A stretch of DNA of 32,000 nt, taken from positions 1 to 32,000 of the forward strand of contig NC_014735.1 of assembly GCF_000172995.2 (NCBI RefSeq). The letters run 5' to 3'. The DNA is from Halogeometricum borinquense DSM 11551 (GTDB taxonomy: Archaea > Halobacteriota > Halobacteria > Halobacteriales > Haloferacaceae). The translations under genes and the position numbers were made by a program. The notes under the pieces are model-generated. The model was not told where the DNA came from. It searched no databases and worked only from the letters and a program-made list of their open reading frames with translations. This document shows positions 26,444 through 32,000 of the stretch, in pieces (the stretch's first letter is position 1; each line of letters starts with the position of its first letter).

Positions 26444-27597
26444 GCTTGTCCCTCCATAATGGTCGTAATAACGCAGTTCCCAAATCCACCCACGTTACAC
26501 GTCAAGCCGACATCGGCATCCACCTGTCGTGGTCCCGCATCGTTCGTAACCTGTTTGTGGATTTCGTACGCCTGTGCGACTCCCGATGCGCCGAGGGGAT
26601 GTCCCTTGGATTTCAGTCCACCTGAGGTATTGATTGGTAGGTCACCGTCACGGTGGGTGATACCGTCCTCGACCGCCTTCCATCCCTCGCCCTTCTCGAA
26701 GAAGCCGAGATCTTCGGACTGAAGGAACTCGAGGATGGAGAACATATCGTGCAGTTCCGCCACGTCGATATCGCCGGGGTTCCGGCCGGCCATCTCGTAA
26801 GCGATGTTACCTGATTCGACAACGCCGCGCATCGTTGTCGGGTCCGAACGCTCGTGGACGACGTGTGTGTCCGTCGCGCCGCCAACACCGGTGACGACCG
26901 AGTACTCGTCTGTGTACTCGCGGGCGACCGACTCCGGACAGAACAGTAGCGCTGCACTCCCGTCCGAAATCGGACAGAAGTCGTACAAGCGGAGCGGGTC
27001 AGCGATGACGGGTGCTTCAAGAGCGTCTTCGAGCGTTATTTCCTTGCGGAACTGAGCGTGGGGGTTATCGACACCGTTTGCGTGGTTTTTCACCGCAACC
27101 CTCGCTAAACTCTCACGTGGAGCGTCGTACTCGTGGAGGTAACGCCGAGCCGTGAGACCAGCGAAGGTAGGGAGTGTAATGCCGTGTTTGTACTCAACCG
27201 GATGAGTAATCGAGGCAATAATATCTGTTGTGTCTGCAGTTGATCGATGTGTCATCTTCTCGCCGCCGACGAGAAGCGTCATCTCTGAGGCACCCGAGGC
27301 GATAGATTGCCACGCGGCATAAACTCCTGCACCACCCGACGACGAGGTTTGATCGATTCGCGTGGTGTACGCTGGGAGCATCGAAAGGTCGTGTGCGAGT
27401 GCGTTGGGGATGCCAGTCTGTCCCTCGAACTCCCCGCTGGCCATGTTCGAGACGTAGAGGTGATCGACAGAATCGGGGCTCACCCCGACATCGTCGAGAC
27501 AGGCCTCACCGGCTTCCGCCAATAGGTCGAGGATAAACTGTCCTTCACGATTGCCAAACTGCGTCATCGACGCGCTAATAACAGCTACGCGTTCCAT
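26440..27597 (-). CDS. Thiolase-like catalytic subunit (beta-ketothiolase alpha subunit)
   Basis: The start MERVAVISASMTQFGNREG at 27597 is typical of archaeal thiolases. It has the thiolase fold with C-terminal NTSGGLKSKGHPLGASG and CNVGGFGN motifs. The longer ORF reaching 27705 is probably an over-extension. Confidence 0.9.
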   Translation of the reverse strand: MERVAVISASMTQFGNREGQFILDLLAEAGEACLDDVGVSPDSVDHLYVSNMASGEFEGQTGIPNALAHDLSMLPAYTTRIDQTSSSGGAGVYAAWQSIASGASEMTLLVGGEKMTHRSTADTTDIIASITHPVEYKHGITLPTFAGLTARRYLHEYDAPRESLARVAVKNHANGVDNPHAQFRKEITLEDALEAPVIADPLRLYDFCPISDGSAALLFCPESVAREYTDEYSVVTGVGGATDTHVVHERSDPTTMRGVVESGNIAYEMAGRNPGDIDVAELHDMFSILEFLQSEDLGFFEKGEGWKAVEDGITHRDGDLPINTSGGLKSKGHPLGASGVAQAYEIHKQVTNDAGPRQVDADVGLTCNVGGFGNCVITTIMEGQA

Positions 27598-28039
27598 ACT
27601 CCTGCATGCTATTGGGTCCATCATGAACGTTTGGGCTAGCTCAATTTCGATTCGATCAATCGATACTTCGAACAGGCCGCCCGTGATCTGTGGACAGCCC
27701 CTCATCCAAGAGAATATGATTGAGAGATATTAAATATTGGATATTAGATATGTTTATTATGTCACAACATGAGGTTGTACATTCAACAGAGGTCGGAAAG
27801 TCATGTACAAGCTACTCAACGTGAGAATGAAGTCCACAACCAACCACGGCTGTAAACACATACTAGGAATAGGGAGACATCCATAGCCACGGGAGGATAT
27901 ACCATCACATCTGGCATAATGCTTATTAACTACTCGTAAGTAGAAACACAATGGATGGGACAAAAGTGTCTGTACCGTCCGGATAGGGCCGTCTCTGTCC
28001 TACTCGCAAACATCAAAACAGGGACAATAATCGAAATCC

Positions 28040-28783
28040 ATGAACACCAATAAACGAACCTGCGTTATCACCGGCGCATCCAGAGGCATCGGGCGTGCGA
28101 TCACGAAGGAACTCGGACAATCCGGCGCAAACGTCATCGTCAACTATCGGTCATCAGAGTCGGCCGCATACGATGTCGCTGAGTCCATCGAAGAAAACGG
28201 GGGAACTGCGGTCCCAGTGCAAGCAGACGTTTCAGACATATCACAAGTTAAGGCGATGCGCGATACCGTACACGGCGAGTTCGGTTCGATAGACGTTCTC
28301 GTCAACAACGCCGGTATCACAGTCGACAAGACGTTCACGAACATGACCGAAGCGGACTGGAAACAAGTCATAGATGTCAACCTCGGCGGCGTATTCAACT
28401 GTACGAAAACGTTCTACGAGGATATTAAGAAGGCCAACGAGGGGAGACTAATCAATATCTCGAGCGTCATCGGCAAACAGGGGAACTACGGGCAGTCCAA
28501 CTACGCGGCGAGTAAAAGTGGCATGCTCGGCTTTACGCGTTCTATCGCACTGGAGCTGGCATCGTCCGGGTCCACTGCAAACTGTGTCGCCCCCGGATAC
28601 ACCCGAACCGACATGGTCGATGACGTCCCCGAAGATATTCAAGACAAACTCCGGTCAAAGATTCCCCTGAATCGGTTCGCGGAGCCAGAAGAAATCGCGA
28701 ACGTCGTCCGATTTCTGGCCAGCGAGGAGTCGTCCTACATGACCGGAGAGGTAATCGACGTGAACGGTGCGATCGACCTCTGA
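28040..28783 (+). CDS. phaB: SDR-family 3-oxoacyl / acetoacetyl-CoA reductase (PhaB/FabG type)
   Basis: [10 protein letters not shown] cofactor motif, NNAG, and catalytic S...YAASK. Divergent from the thiolase operon. The phaB symbol rests on context only. Confidence 0.85.
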   Translation: MNTNKRTCVITGASRGIGRAITKELGQSGANVIVNYRSSESAAYDVAESIEENGGTAVPVQADVSDISQVKAMRDTVHGEFGSIDVLVNNAGITVDKTFTNMTEADWKQVIDVNLGGVFNCTKTFYEDIKKANEGRLINISSVIGKQGNYGQSNYAASKSGMLGFTRSIALELASSGSTANCVAPGYTRTDMVDDVPEDIQDKLRSKIPLNRFAEPEEIANVVRFLASEESSYMTGEVIDVNGAIDL

Positions 28784-28793
28784 ATCTACATCG

Positions 28794-30789
<1,996 letters not shown>

Positions 30790-32000
30790 CGCATAGCGAG
30801 CGTTTCGATCATCGAGACGAAACCCCACTGCGAATCAGCGTACGACTACCAGTTGCGTCAGGTGAGCCTGGAAGGAACGAAACGCCGAAGTCGTCCGCAT
30901 CTATCGAGGTAACTCCGACAGGCCCCCCGGTAGTCGCCCAGAGATATCTCTGCACTCCATCACACACGATATTCAGCGGCTCGTGGAAGAATACGAAACT
31001 ACCCACCATGCCAGTGAGTGTGGCTGCTCACTCCAGCTCGCCCATCGGTGCCACCGCATTGCTACTCATCCGTCGATTTCTCATTCAGAATGGAAACAAC
31101 CCCCGCAAAGGAAAATTCATAGATTATATTACTGAGTGATTTTCGTTATATTACAGGGGTATGTCTGTAAAGAATGACCGTCTCTGATTCGATGCCTTCG
31201 TCTAGTCAGCTAGATGTTCACGGTTAGTAGCAGTATACTGTAACCGAATGTGGATTATGTGATAGGTTTAACCGAATTTCTTCCGCAGTCAAGACTTCGC
31301 TGGCGTTGCTCCGGCGGCCATCGCAGTAGCGACCGAGTTGCTGCTAAACCCCCGGTAAGGGAAACGTGACGCAACGTAGTTAGGCCAACTACCGTCATCG
31401 TATTTCAACAGTGGGGGTTACATATCAAGCTCAAGTAACAAAATACTTTCACATCTGCTATTTTTGAGGGATGGGATATGCGGGCGAAGAAGATAATCAT
31501 TGGGGCCGCCGCACTTCGTACGGACGTTCTCAGCGGGGAGAAGAGAGTCAATCGATTGATCAACCACAGTGGAACAATCGAAACAGTTCCACCGATAGTG
31601 TATAAGCTGTATAATTACGAAAAGAACAGTCAAAGCACCGTATCACACGGTAGCCCACCGAAGTAGTTACTCGGGAGAGACGGCCGCTCTTTGAGTAACG
31701 AAAACGTGGTTTTCCGAAGGACGACACGAGAATCAGACCACTATCTCTCCAAGTAGGCGTTCAATACTGGACAGGTAGCCGATACTCAGTGCAGATGTTA
31801 CAAAAACAACCAGCTGGTGGTGAAATCCGGAGTGCCAGAGATAGATAGAATGATGAATATTAAAACGGCTATCGAGGTGAGTAATCCAATTAGTACCCGT
31901 CATTTTTCAGATCGGAGACCTCTCCGGCAGAGATTCCAAGGAGATTAGAATTCTGAAAGAGGGTTGGAATATCCCACTATGACAGTAATAAAATTGTAAT

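Noticed and set aside
27598-27705. 36-codon extension of the thiolase ORF
   Set aside because: Thiolases of this type start with M-x-R/K-V-A-V-I-G/S. MERVAVISA at 27597 fits, and the extension has no counterpart.

Overview
This window looks like a haloarchaeal chromosome segment. The predicted proteins are strongly acidic, Tat/lipobox signals are present, and the PHA genes are of the haloarchaeal type. Moderate overall GC, long AT-rich spacers and many decayed IS copies suggest Haloquadratum, but that is inference only. The left two thirds (1-20300) is an accessory, decay-rich region. It holds two ABC transporter pairs, a translationally coupled operon of envelope proteins (5417-7401), a UspA gene and a GT4 glycosyltransferase. 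It also holds three decayed transposase genes (IS6-type at 3680-4470 and 19084-19260, IS4/IS5-type at 13299-13830), an ABC ATPase fragment and a multiply frameshifted ABC-2 permease. One IS6 copy is itself interrupted by a 113-nt hairpin-array insertion. A GC-rich patch (about 11700-13800) contains truncated or frame-broken genes. The right third (20376-30789) is a consolidated polyhydroxyalkanoate supercluster: phaR-phaP-phaE-phaC, a MaoC dehydratase, a two-subunit beta-ketothiolase, a PhaB-type reductase and pccB plus a small pccX-like gene. My best candidate for an undescribed system is an IS-bracketed cassette at 14371-18968. It consists of an ABC ATPase, a 534-aa permease, an untracked 55-codon ORF and a luciferase-like flavin/F420 oxidoreductase. 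The 55-aa product has an acidic leader-like N-terminus and ends ...DDWVDSCFVASC. This may be a halocin/RiPP-like locus without any recognised maturation enzyme class. I found no rRNA, intact tRNA or CRISPR array.
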